A stretch of 64,000 nt of DNA. Origin: Macrostomum lignano. Its lineage: Eukaryota. The stretch covers positions 62,001 to 126,000 of the forward strand of contig NIVC01000698.1 in NCBI GenBank assembly GCA_002269645.1, written 5' to 3'. The translations under genes were made by a program, and so were the position numbers. This document shows, piece by piece, positions 49,997 through 62,300 of this stretch. The stretch's first letter is position 1. Each line of letters opens with the position of its first letter. Under the pieces are notes generated by a model that saw only the letters and a list, made by a program, of their open reading frames with translations, made no database searches and was not told where the DNA came from.

Positions 49997-51289
49997 CGAG
50001 GGGCACTATTAAAGTTCTGAGCCTGACCAAGATCTTATAGTGGCAAAGTGTTGAAACTTTAGGCTCTAAAAGTGCCACATGTTAATAGTCTATTGTCAAC
50101 TTTTCAGAATTTTCTGCATTCCCTAAGTCCCACTGCACCATTTTATTTCCAGCACCCCATGGCATTTTCTCAAGAATTGAAGCTTGAGCACAGGGCAGTG
50201 ATTAAATTTCTGACTCTGGAGGGCTCAAAGCCTGCTGAAATTCAAAGCCGCATGGCTAGTGTGTACGCTGACGCTGCCCCCTCATACGCCACCATAAAGC
50301 GCTAGGCAGCCGAGTTCAAGCGTGGCCGCGACTCGCTCGAAGATGACCCCCGATGTGGACGACCCCGGACTGCTGTCACTGCCGACAACATCCAGCGCAT
50401 CCAGGCTCTGGTTGACAGTGACCAGCGGGTGAAAGTCAGGGAACTTGCGGCAGACACTGGACTCTCTGACCCGCAAGTCATTGAGATCCTGCACCAGCAT
50501 CTTCATCTGTCCAAGGTTTTTGCCAGATGGATCCCACGAATCTTGACAAGGGACCAAAAGACCGCACGGGTGCAGTACTCAAAGCTTGTCCTGGACTCCT
50601 ACGATCCGGACCCTGCCAACTTTCTGTCCTGCTGCGTGACCGGGGATGAGACGTGGATCCATCACCACGATCCCGAGTCCAAGCAGGAGTCCAAGCAGTG
50701 GCTGCCAGTTGGTTCACCTGCACCACTGAAGGCACGGACTGCATGCAGTGCGGGCAAGATTATGCTCACCGTCTTCTGGGATGCCAAGGGCCTGCTGCTG
50801 CTGGACTTTCTACCGCACAAGCAGACAGTCACAGGCGCCTACTACGCTGACCTGATCGCCCGTCTGCGCGAAGCAATCAAGGAAAATAGGCGAGGGATGC
50901 TGAGCCAAGGTGTTGTGCTGCTGCACGAAAATGCACCGGCCCACACTAGCAGGATTGCCAAGGCTGCTGTCAGTGTCGCAGGGTTTCGAGAGCTGCCGCA
51001 CCCAGCCTATTCACCAGACCTGGCCCCGAGCGACTTCCACCTGTTTCCACATCTCAAGCGGGCGCTCCGTGGACAGCGATTTGACACTGATGATGCGCTG
51101 AAGGATGCTGCAACTGCTTGGTTTGAGGGCTGCTCGGTGCAATTCTTCCAGAGTGGCATTGAGGCGCTGCGATCAAGATGCCATAAGTGCATCTTGGTTG
51201 GGGGAGACTATGTTGAGAAAAGCTGATCTCACTTTGCCCATATCTCCTCTCTTTCATATTAAGGCTCAGAACTTTAATAGTGCCCCTTG
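49997..51289 (+). mobile_element. Mariner (irritans-like) transposon, 1293 bp; transposase pseudogene 50159-51226
   Basis: TA TSD, 28-bp TIR cgaggggcactattaaagttctgagcct. One 355-codon frame has an internal TAG at 50303 (KR*AAEF, TGG expected) and the second catalytic D changed to E (HENAPAH). TGDETW and YSPDLAPSDF are present. Confidence 0.95.
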
Positions 51290-51822
51290 TATATATACTT
51301 CAATAGACTTTATAGCAAATATTTTAAAAAAATCTATTTTAATAGCATTAAATGGAAACATTTTTTACTTTAACCAAAAAGCAATTTTATGGTTCTAAAT
51401 AGTTTTATATGCAAAGCATTAGGTCTATTGGTAAAAATCATGATTATTTCAAATAGAAGATTTATTGTAAGAAGAATTTGTTAAAAAATATAGATATGTA
51501 AAATTAAATATTTTTATTGCATTTTAGCTAATAGGACTAAAATAATTTTACTATAAATATAAAATTACTATCTAAAAGGTAGAACTTATCTAAATGATGC
51601 TTTTTATAGACTATGTTATAGATCTCTTACAGACCCTGACTTGAATTAGTGCCTATATGTCATAATAAGTATAAAATATAATATTATAATATATGACACT
51701 AAATATATTTTCTAAATCATAATAGTTTATAATCACCTAGAATAATAAGCATATATACTATAAAACATTTATTTGTTATATATATAGACATTATTTTACT
51801 AATTTAACAAAATTAAACAAAA

Positions 51823-51918
51823 AGTAATGCTATCTTGATGATTGTCCAATATGTCCATGATCCTTTAAATAGTGGCTGAGAAAATTCTAGTCTATGTAGG
51901 AATAGCCAAATTCTTTTT
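51823..51918 (-). pseudogene. Decayed duplicate of vigilin's first coding exon region (46112-46208)
   Basis: About 85% identity over ~96 bp, translating to NLAIPT*TRIFSATI*RIMDILDNHQDSIT. Two in-frame stops and no intact acceptor. Confidence 0.85.
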
Positions 51919-54278
51919 TGTATATTTATATTAAATAAAAACAAAATATTTTGGCCATAGACTTTTGGCAGCTTTTTAGTATTAAATTCAAATATATTAT
52001 AACAAGTTTTGAAGTGTAGAATTAGTGTTTACTTAGGCTTACTTTTGCTCTTGGCTTAAGTCCCTTAAAAGTAGTTTTCTTATAACTTGAGGATTAATTT
52101 CCTAGAAGCAAAATGATTTAACAAATAGAACTTGACAACTGTACATTTTATAATGTTCTTCCAATATCTATTTTTATAGAGTTGTAAAACACACAAGAAT
52201 GTCTTAGTTTTTTTAAAAAAAGGGAAATTTTAAAAGCATCTTTACTTTTAATATACTTTGCACCTATAGACTAGTATATTTGATATACTTTATACGTAAT
52301 TATAAGCAAGGAATTTTTTGCAGTCTTATAGTTTTGCACATCTAATTATTTTTTTAATTTTTAACAAAGTTTTAACAATGAAACAATAGAAAGTTTATTA
52401 AACTACTAAATGAAGAGTCTCAGACAGACTCAATCCATCTGGGTATCAAACAGGGCTTTAGGTGTGCCAAAGTTGCAAAGGTCTATTGTAAGTTGTATAT
52501 ATATGATGGGAATTATACTAATGAGTAGTGGATACTATAGGGCATCTAGCTATGATTGCATAAGAAAAGTTGTTGCTTAAGATTGATAATAAAGCCAGCA
52601 AGGCAAGAAATCTCTCAAAATCCCTGTCATTCCTACCTTAGTTCCTTTTAAAAAACATGGAATGATTACAGGTTTTGGCCATAGGCATAGCTAATAGCCA
52701 TCTCAAACTAGTGGACTTAGCCAAATAGATACATTGCTATACATTTAACTTGTAAGAGTTTCAATATATATTTGTGATAACTAAGGAAGCTATTATTTTT
52801 TGTAAAATATTTAAAAGTGCAAAACTAAAAATTACAAATGCATGATACCAAAAAATTGAGTGCACATCCATTCTCAAAACTATGCTGGTATTGCGACAAT
52901 ATGACTTTTTTAAGTAATGACAATAAATTACCTTTTTTAAATTTCATAATGGACTTTTTTGCAAATAATTTGGTTGATTTATATGCTTTTTTGGCAATAC
53001 TATTTATAGTGGAAAATTGATACACACAAAGATTTGTTTAAATGCTTTATTATAAGCTTTAAAAAACCAGATAACTTGAAATTTATACTTAAAAATGAAA
53101 TTTTCTCATATTTTTTCTACTTTATAATAACTCTTCCCCATGATTATATAAAGTGCATGCTAGGTGTATATGCACACTTTTTTCTTAGAAATGATGCATA
53201 CCAATTCTACATACCTACTTTTGGCATGCAAGGCCAATGTACACCAAATTTTTGGGCATATATTAATTAATATAACTTTAGGTAGTTGTTATTTGTCTAG
53301 TGACTAAACAAATAGGCTTTTTGCTATTTGTCCAGTTAAATTACTAACACAAGTATCTATTTGTTTACTGATAAATATTCTAGATTTTTAAGACATTTTC
53401 TCATATCCTGATTTGATTAATATTTTGTTGTATATTAGTGTACCTTTTTAGGCTTAATTTGTATAAGACATCCACTTGTATAACAATATAATAAAGATAC
53501 AAGTGGGAAGTCTTTGTAGTCCATGAATATTCATCCTCACAGTTTTTTGTAAAATAGATATTTAAGCATTATTAATTTTATTAGACAAATAACAAAATGC
53601 CTATTCGCCTGGTATTAACTGGATAAATAGGGAAACATGGCTATTATCCAATAACTAGTCAAATAACCATGTCACTATTTGTCTGGTCAATGGACAAATA
53701 ATAACTGTCTAAATTCAATTCTTAAAATTAATATTTTTAAAACTTTTACTAAAAAAACGGAATTTTTTAAAAAAGTATATTTAATCTATAAATTGCATCA
53801 TTTGGTATAGGACCAAGGGGTGCTAACCAATTTGGCAACAAATAAATTTGGCATAACAATTATATATAATGTGTACAATGTCTTTTAGTACAATGGTATT
53901 CTTCAATGCATATTAGCTTTCCCTTTTAATTGAGTTTGTTTTATCTATCATTTATCATTATGAGTTTTAAAAGTTTTTTTTTCCAAGAAATATTTATTAA
54001 TTTCAGGTTAGACAGTCTTATAAGCAAAAATGACTTGAAAATTTCTATATGCCTAATAAGGTCTTTCCATTGGTTACAATGTTGGGGCAAGGGATTTGCA
54101 AAAAATATACCATGCAAAAAGTGACAAAAGTAACATTTTTTCAATTATTTTAACATGCTTTTGTGGCCATTATTTCACATTTCGAAACTTTCATGAGCAT
54201 TTTAAGAAAGCCTTTATTACACGTATCTGTATGAACTAATTTGCTTTAACTTGTCTTTAGCTATGAAAAGATATATTG

Positions 54279-55249
54279 TAGGGATGTCAATTCCCCGGGG
54301 AATTTTCTTATTGGGGACCCGGGGAATTTACTGTCATTCCCCAGGCACCCTAGGGAAAAGAAAAAATAAGTAAAAAATGGCCGATAACTTAGATCTTAAG
54401 TCATTAAGTGGCATTTTTTAAACTTTGATTAAAGCTTTGGATGGACTACATGTTCAAGGCGCAAGGGTAAAAACTTTAAGCAATGTTTGTTTAAAACTGT
54501 ATTTGACAATGTAGGGGTACGTCAGTACGTGGCATCACCAAATTGTGCGTGCACCTTTATCAGAAAGAGTCTAGACTCTGGAGGCGGAAAATTGCATACT
54601 CAGCAGCTACACTTGTGCCGTTGTGGGAGGATAATTAATGAATGAGACTTTTTATAATCGGAATTTTAATTTCTTGCAGATACATGTAAATCACCATTTT
54701 GTCCTGTCTAATAGGGAGTATTTGCACCCCCCTATGCATCAGTGACTAACACAAGACATAGCGCTGTGCCTGCGTCAAATGCGTCAAGCCGTCAACGCAG
54801 ACCAACACAATAGTCAGTAAGGCTTCTTTTTCCTGATGGGTTTCTACACTTGTACGTTCAATTTGCTTGATTGAAAGACTATGAAAAAAAACATTCAAAC
54901 AGGTCGCTTTCATAAGACCAAAATTTCACAATGCCAAAAATTCTGCATGCTCCTTATTGTATTGTTTTCTACAAGCTATACGATGTGAAATTTTGGTCTT
55001 ATGAACCCCCCTCCCCATTCAAACGTGTGCTGTGTTTGAAATAATACATTGAAATAAGCAGTTTTGCAGTAAAAAAGCATAGACAGAGTTTTCAATCAGC
55101 TTTCTGTAAATGGTTTTTTATTTAAATGGCAAAAATAAAATTAAAAATTCTTTTTTTCTCCCCGGGGTCCCCGGTCCAATTCTCCGGGGAGTATTCCCCG
55201 ACAAGCTCCCTGGGGCCCTGGGGAGCACTCCCCAGGGTCGACATCCCTA
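54279..55249. mobile_element. Non-autonomous hAT DNA transposon, 971 bp
   Basis: TIR tagggatgtcaa/tcgacatcccta, perfect 8-bp TSD atatattg, subterminal ccccgggg repeats. Confidence 0.9.
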
Positions 55250-56073
55250 ATATATTGCCATATTTGCCTAGATTGTCGCTGAATTTGCTTTTGCAGAATT
55301 TGTCTAAATGTCTATATTAAATTTTTGTTGCCAAATTTGTTTGTCACTGAATTAGCATGGATTTGGACCAAGACTGCCACACACAAAAACATTCACACTT
55401 GGCAGAGCTAGGCTTTGGGCAGGAATTTGGCTCAATGTGTTATTGGAATATGCTAGAGAGGAGATGAGTGGGTAAGAGAGCCAATAAGACAAGGCTACGA
55501 GAGAAGAACCTATGAAAGGAATAGCAATGCTAGAAGATTGGTAGCTCCCCTCAATATCAGTAGCTAGTAATAGCTGTGGCATGGCAGTCTTGGCGTGTGG
55601 CAGTCTTAGTCATGCACCCATAATTTTATAACACAAAGAAACCTAAAGTCAAAGATTGTTGCATTTTTATAGGCCTATATTAGCTAGTTTCTCATTTTAA
55701 AACACTGTTAGGCCTTAACTTATAGCAAAGCCCATTTTTGACACATCTTAATCTTAGCCTTAGCTTAGGCACACACAGAATAAGCTAAAATTTAAAATAA
55801 CCAAAAATGGCAAAATGACAAACAACACAATAGTGCATTTTTAGTAGATCTATTTTAAGTACACTAGCTTGCTAGATAGAATTTACAATATTCCCTCGTT
55901 ACACTGAGGTTTAGTAGTTTTATTTAGTAGTTTTCTGTACCCTATTCTTTGGCTAACTCCAACGCCTAAAAATGGACTGAAGACAAAAAGTCAACTAAAT
56001 ATTTTTTGCGTCGTTTACCCATAACATATACGAAATTCGTTGAAGATAAAGCTATCAAAATTATATCATTTAC

Positions 56074-56354
56074 CTTAGACAACTCAGTTCATAAGCCGTG
56101 CGACGATGACACTTAAAGAAGTTGGAAACCTATATAAGATCTGATTGTCTTCCTGTTGTAAGCAAAAGTGAAATTTAACAGTAAAATGTTTCGAGTTAAA
56201 TTGTCGCCTGTTTTTTATTCAGAACATTTTGTGGCCACGATAGTTTAAAAAAAAGCCGTAAAACACCGGAAAAATTAAATAAGTTTTATTTAATTTAAGA
56301 CTTCAACTATTTTTTCAACTCTTGTTTTGTCTTTCGTTTACCTTTTGAGTTCAT
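56074..56354 (-). other. Candidate upstream (5'-leader) exons of vigilin: one ending at 56342 and a cassette at 56152-56074
   Basis: AAG|GTAAAC donor at 56341, CAACAG acceptor at 56153 and AAG|GTAAAT donor at 56073, within a CpG-retaining zone. No transcript evidence. Confidence 0.3.
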
Positions 56355-58605
56355 GAGTAATGAATTCACTCATAGTTATAAGTGATTTAGCATTTAATTT
56401 TTTTTGTACCTTACTTCACAAGAAGATTCGATAACCCGTGATACAAAGCAGTTTCAAAAATTGCTGAATTTTTTCTAGCAATAATTGATTTTTAAATTAG
56501 CAATAAATATATTATTCGGCACCATGAGATTTGCCAAAAGTATCAGATCCTTGACGAGCAAAACTCAGTAGGTGGTGGTGGGGCCGTCACGTTAAAAAGC
56601 AGATTATATCTTTAACGCCTGTTCCTGTGTAGTCCACTTTGATTGTTATAAAATGAGGTCCTAGGGAAATACTTTCTGCCAGCCAGATGAAAGTCTCAAG
56701 TCAAAATTAAGTCGCTGCATAAAAAAATTTATAGTGGCGCAGGACTAGGGACGAAGCTTTTAATCGCGATAATTATCTTTCCGGTACGTAGCGGACGAGA
56801 CGATATACATGTACGCCTCGTATATGCGCAATTGTCGTTAAAGTCGTACGTCTCGATCACCATTTTGTACTCACACTTTTTAGCTGATTTTTTAAAACTG
56901 TTTAGATTCAACCATTTGAAATGGTCGCGGTCGTCCCGCGGCCGCGATACACATACACTAATAGCTGTGTAACGTATATTTATCGATTCGTCAAACTACA
57001 TCTGTATGTCTGGATGATGATCGACAAACTAATGATAAGCCTGGTAGAAGAATATAAAGAAGTGACGAAATTTTAAACTTAAAAGCTGGAAAAGCTTGTA
57101 GAGTAGGACTAAAGGGAAAAAAGAGACTAATTTAAAGAGATTAATTTAGTGTCACGTTATTTGATGTTGGCCGTGACCCTTAAAAGGGCCGTTTTAGTCC
57201 CAAAAATAAGTTGGAGTCAACTCAGGCGAAGTGGATGGTGTAGCGGAGCACTTGGCAATAAGGCAGGAAACTGCCGTAGTCGTTTTTATTATCAATATAA
57301 ATAGTAAGTTTGGTTGTTACTGGCAAATAACAAACTATGGTTTCCTGGGCACTGGCGGCTGCAACAATGGTTTCTTTCAAGATAAATTGGATGAGTGTTC
57401 AAGCGACAGACGAGTGATGTAATGGCGACGAACGTGAGGATCAATGGCAATGAGTACAGAGAACCTAGTGAAAAATGATTCATGGATTCCACGTGGGTTC
57501 CACGTGGCCATGTGGAATTTAAATGTTTCTTTATTTTTTGCAAATTATTAACTTAAAGATGACATAATGGTATGCAAAGTATTTTTTATGCATTATTTTT
57601 TTATTTTTACTGTCCTAATGTTGATGTGGATTTTACAAGGAATTCATGAGAAATAAGCGTATATTGATTCAACATGGAATCCACTTCGATAAAAAACTGT
57701 GATACACCACATTCATACATTTTTAGGAAATTACTATAATTAATTATTACATTTTTATGTTTTTAAGTTAAAATTAATATCTTAAAGCTAAATTATAAAC
57801 GGCAAATAAGACACTGTTTGTTAAAATAGACAAAATAGAAGTGAACAATAAAAAACGCTTCGTGCTTTTTAAAATTAAATTAATTTTATTTTATATTCGT
57901 CAATGTTTTGGTTCAAGGCCTTGAAAGATAAATTGCCTTGTTTATGGCTATTTAAGCACCTTAAAAATTTTAGTAGACCTAGCCTATAGGCAATAACTTA
58001 TCAGGCCATAGCCTCCATGAGATTAGAAATTAGATAAATCAGTATTTTATCATAGATAGGCCTAATACTTTTGGTAAAATCCATGATAAATTTATTTAGG
58101 CCTAGGCCTCGAATTTCTAGAAATCCCATGGCCATGTCCATAGATTGGCTACTCATTTGTTAACTTAAATAGACCTTTAGAAGTTCATAATTTCCTCTTA
58201 GTCCTACCTATTATTAGTCCTATCTATTTATATGTATGCTTATTATTAGGCGTATTTTAAGCTAGGCCTGCTATAACTATCAATTTAGGTCCTTCTATTT
58301 TAATTAAGGTTAGGACTAGCTTGACTTTGTGAATTGTGACTAGTCAATCTAGTTAATATGTTAAAAATCAATTAATTTATGATTTTCTTCAAAAAAGTCT
58401 GTTAGCATCTTTTGGACTTGTTGCATTTTTAAAAACAATATTATTAATTATAATAAATAATTCTTTGCAATTACACTTGCAACTTGCTTTTGGCATAGCT
58501 AGCCTAGCAGATCCCTAAGGTTGCTATTAAAAATAAAGAATGATTATTGTAAATTTGATCTGATTTAGGCCAAGTCCAGAATTTAATTTTAAGCCATAAG
58601 GCATA

Positions 58606-58904
58606 CATACATGCGCAACAGTCGGCCAAGTCGGCCGATCCGGCCGACCGATTTGGCGGCCAACCAAGGAAGTCGCAAAAATGCCCACCCGAAAAAATAA
58701 CCAAATAGTAGTACTAAGTAGCTGACGAGGCATTTTGGATTAATAACACAGTTATAGTTACTCCTGCCGTTTACCTAAAGTTGCGTTAATTTTGCTTTAG
58801 GGTTTTTTTTACATGTAAGTCGCATTTTTAGCCAAAAACTACGTCGCATTTTTGTTAAAACTAAGTCGCATGGCCGACCGAATTTTGGAGGTTGCGCATG
58901 TATG
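58606..58904. mobile_element. MITE copy 3 (CpG-intact) of the CATACATGCGCAAC family
   Basis: Perfect 14-bp TIR catacatgcgcaac/gttgcgcatgtatg, perfect 8-bp TSD aaggcata. Confidence 0.93.
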
Positions 58905-58952
58905 AAGGCATAGCTATTTAGGCTTAGGTTAGGCCTAATGTTTAATTATACT

Positions 58953-59314
58953 ATTTTTTTATTAGAGGCAGGGGGGTTGTGTGCACCCTGGCGCACTTTA
59001 AGCGACATAGGCATTCAACTGGCAAGAGGCATTGCTGCCCATTCCGCCAACTCCCCTAAGCAGGCACACAAGTGTGCGGATATGTATGCAAGCACACTCA
59101 TACAGGAATGTACAGCGGCCCTAGCTTTATTTATCATTAGGCATGTATACTTTACTGTGCCTTGGGGGGTTGGCTCTCAAGGCCATTAATTGCATGAGCA
59201 GAGAGCCAAGCTGAGATTCCAATTCAGCCCCAAATTAATATGACTGTACTTGGATTCGAGCTTGGGTCGCTGGCACACTAGAGTAGCTGCGCTACTACTT
59301 GGCTACGGCCCCCC
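58953..59314 (-). mobile_element. tRNA-derived SINE (second family), with a partial second copy near 59728-59800
   Basis: A box tagccaagtagt (59305-59294), B-box-like gctcgaatcc (59261-59252), A-rich tail. The gcagggg..gaggcattgctgcccatt motif is repeated at ~59728-59775. Confidence 0.6.
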
Positions 59315-62300
59315 TTTTAATCATACTAGGCCAGCAAATATGAAAAACATGCATTGCTTTGCCTAAATACTTTATAGTCTAAAATCAATTTTAAAATAAA
59401 AAATTAAATTTATAGAAACATATATTAATTATTTTTATACTTATTATTTTAATTTTATTAATTTTATTTTATTGATTGACTTAGGTAGGGTTTTCTTTTT
59501 TGCTAGAGACAAGGTGCAAAATCATACCCTATGCTCACTTTTAGGGTTTTATGATTTTAAGGCTTAGAATGTAGTTTCTTTTTTTTCTTATATAAAGGCA
59601 ATGCAAATAAGGCTTCAACATAAAAATAGGTAATGAGATCGCACCTAAACTGTATCAACTTTTTAATTTCAGTTTTCAAGGTACAATTTTAAGATTTAGG
59701 GTGCACTTGACTTACTTGACTTAGCTGCAGGGGGCTCTGTGCATCTGGAAATAGCGAGGAGGCATTGCTGCCCATTTCGCTAACCCCTGGCGAAGGCATA
59801 TGCACACTTTGCGCTAAAAAAATAAACCTAAGACTTAGGCCTAGTTAATTTTAAAATAAACTTTATTAAGTATTCATCCTTAAATTAGTTTTATGAATTA
59901 TATCAATATTATGTATCAATCTTAATTGGCAACAATTATTTTTCTATTTCATTTCAGCCTAACATTACATGGCCCATCCTTAAACTTGGATGTCACCTTG
60001 GTCTTGCCTTTGAAGAAGCATGCAAAGCTACTTGGAATTGGAATTTAATATCTCGAATGCTACCTTTTGTGAAGCAATGGTAAGTTTTAGTTATAAACTG
60101 ATTTTTTTCTGTCATCAAAATCTGTTATAAGATCAAAATCTATCAAAATCTATTACAAAATCTGTTATCAATCTGTTATAAAATTCTGTAATTTAACCCC
60201 TTTCTTTTCTAAGGTTGCTCACCTGACCTGAAGAAGCAGCATTCTGGCAATTGGCAGCAGCATGTTTCTGACTGTTCTAATTCTGGTGCATTATATTATT
60301 GTTAATTAATTAATGCTATTGACAATTTCAATTTCAAATTATATATTATATCATATGCGCAGCGCAACTTTAAAGATATCAATATCTACATCAGTGTGTT
60401 TATTCTTTGTGTGCCAGTGACTCACTACTGTACATAAATACACCTTACTTATTGATACATCCTTTTTGAATATATTTTTGTGCAGAAATATTTTTGGCTA
60501 TAGCTAATGTTTTATCTGTGTTTCAGTTTCTTTTATATGGTATTGAGATCTGGGGTTTGTATGAAATTTTGAGATCTGGTATTATTTTGAGATTTAGGAT
60601 GCAACAATTTATTATGGCAACCAGTATAATGGCTGCTTACTCAATGACAATGTGGATTCTATGTGAAATACATAATTACTTCCATGTGGATCTTCCATGT
60701 GGAATCCATATCTTGATTCCACATGGATGGACGGAGACAAATGCACATATGGATTTCATATGAAAAATCCACATGGAATCCATATCATTTTTTTCACTGG
60801 GAAGGCAGGGAGACGTAGTAGTCAGGCAGATGAGCAGTGGCGAGGTTGGCGTCAGCCGTGGCGTGAGGCAGTCAAGTAAGCGTGTGAGTAGGCTGGCCCA
60901 GACAGAGGGGCCGTGGCGAGAAATAAGGAGGCTCGAGGCAGCCAGACAAACAGATGAGACAGCCAGGGAAGGAGAGAAGAAACGGGACAGGAGAGACGAA
61001 AAAGCGTGAGGGGTGCCCGCCGCCAGGCGGGGGGTTTAATAAAAGAGCGCAGAGGGGGGTAGCGCGAGCACGCGTGATTTCATTGGCTGGCGAGAGAACT
61101 TAAAATTATCGATCGTGCCATTTTTATGCGGTCGCGAGAGAGGATAGCAAAATATACAGTGAATTAGAAATTGCCACAAAATCGTTGGGCACTACTACAA
61201 GTAAACGTCGCAATAAACGGATGGAAAAGTTTAGTTGAAACGGTGAAACTGAAGGGTTGAATGACTATGGGAAAACAGTAGTCCAACGGCCCTTTTCGGG
61301 ACCACCTTAAACTGACAACGTCACATTAGAGACAAATTTATTTTCCTCATAGATCCTTTCGATATAAATCATGAAGTGACCCAAATGGTAATGAGCGTGT
61401 TGCACTTGTACCATAAAACGATAGAGACACTAACCATTGCCTCTTGTCAATCAACTCTACCGCTATGGATATATTGAAACACGACGAGAAGTAAAACGTG
61501 ATGCTCGTTTCTAGGAAGATATTTTAAAAAATGTCCGTCAGTAAATTGTATTTAAATTACTGATTATTTATGGCGAATCTTATAATTACTTGAACGCACG
61601 CACGCACGCACGTTAATTATTTTATTTGAAGATTTTTTTTAGTCTTCAACAGTTTCAACAGATGTAGATTGTCACCTGTCAAGTGTCAACTAGTACAACA
61701 AACGGTGAACTCTTTACATAGTACTCTTGCTTGTGCCTTTAGCACATGATGAAATAAATACGAATTAGAGGATTTGAGTAGACTACAATGGAGTCCAGAA
61801 TATAAAGATAAGCAACCGGTTAAGCGAGAGCGCCCACTGGGGGGGCTGCGGCGGCTGAGGTCATGTCTGTTTTATAGATGTCATTCATTCATTCATGTCA
61901 TTCCCTCTCGGCTCTCCCTGCTGCTGGCTAGTAATGGGAAATGGCAAGGTCCAAAATATAGATGCAGCCTGCTCAAATTTTTTCTATAATAAACTAACAC
62001 ATTGCTAGGCCCTATGGAACATGATAAATATCAGTTATTTTGCCAATGTATTGTATTGTAAGGTTGAGTTGAGTTAGGCAGTTAGTGAAGGTCAATTTTG
62101 ACTCTATCTTTTGATTGATTTGCATGTTTATTATATAAGTAATTTCCTGCCTTCTAAAATAATATTACTGCTAACACAAAAGTTGTTATAATGCTTTCCT
62201 CTATTTATAATAGTCTTATTACTAATTTAAATTATGGATTACAAAATCCAAGTTTTTTGCAATCCCAGGATCAGAAAAATATAGATTTTTAAGCTTCTGG

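Larger units (their letters stand above)
57464..60801. mobile_element. Non-autonomous CMC/EnSpm-like DNA transposon, 3338 bp
   Basis: TIR cctagtgaaaaatga..tggattccacgtgg versus the reverse complement cccagtgaaaaaaatga.atggattccatgtgg, 2-bp AA flanks, subterminal tggattcca/ccatgtgg repeats at both ends. Confidence 0.7.
57239..61787. mobile_element. Putative solo LTR (~1.2 kb after removing the nested insertion)
   Basis: Termini TGTAG...CTACA with a 4-bp direct flank atgg/atgg. CCAAT, TATA-like and AATAAA signals lie inside. The sequences on either side of the 57464-60801 insertion have similar composition. Confidence 0.5.

Noticed and set aside
48220-51289. Domesticated transposase (SETMAR-like) fused to vigilin
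   Set aside because: Both elements keep TIRs and TA TSDs and carry inactivating lesions; no SET domain or splice link was seen.
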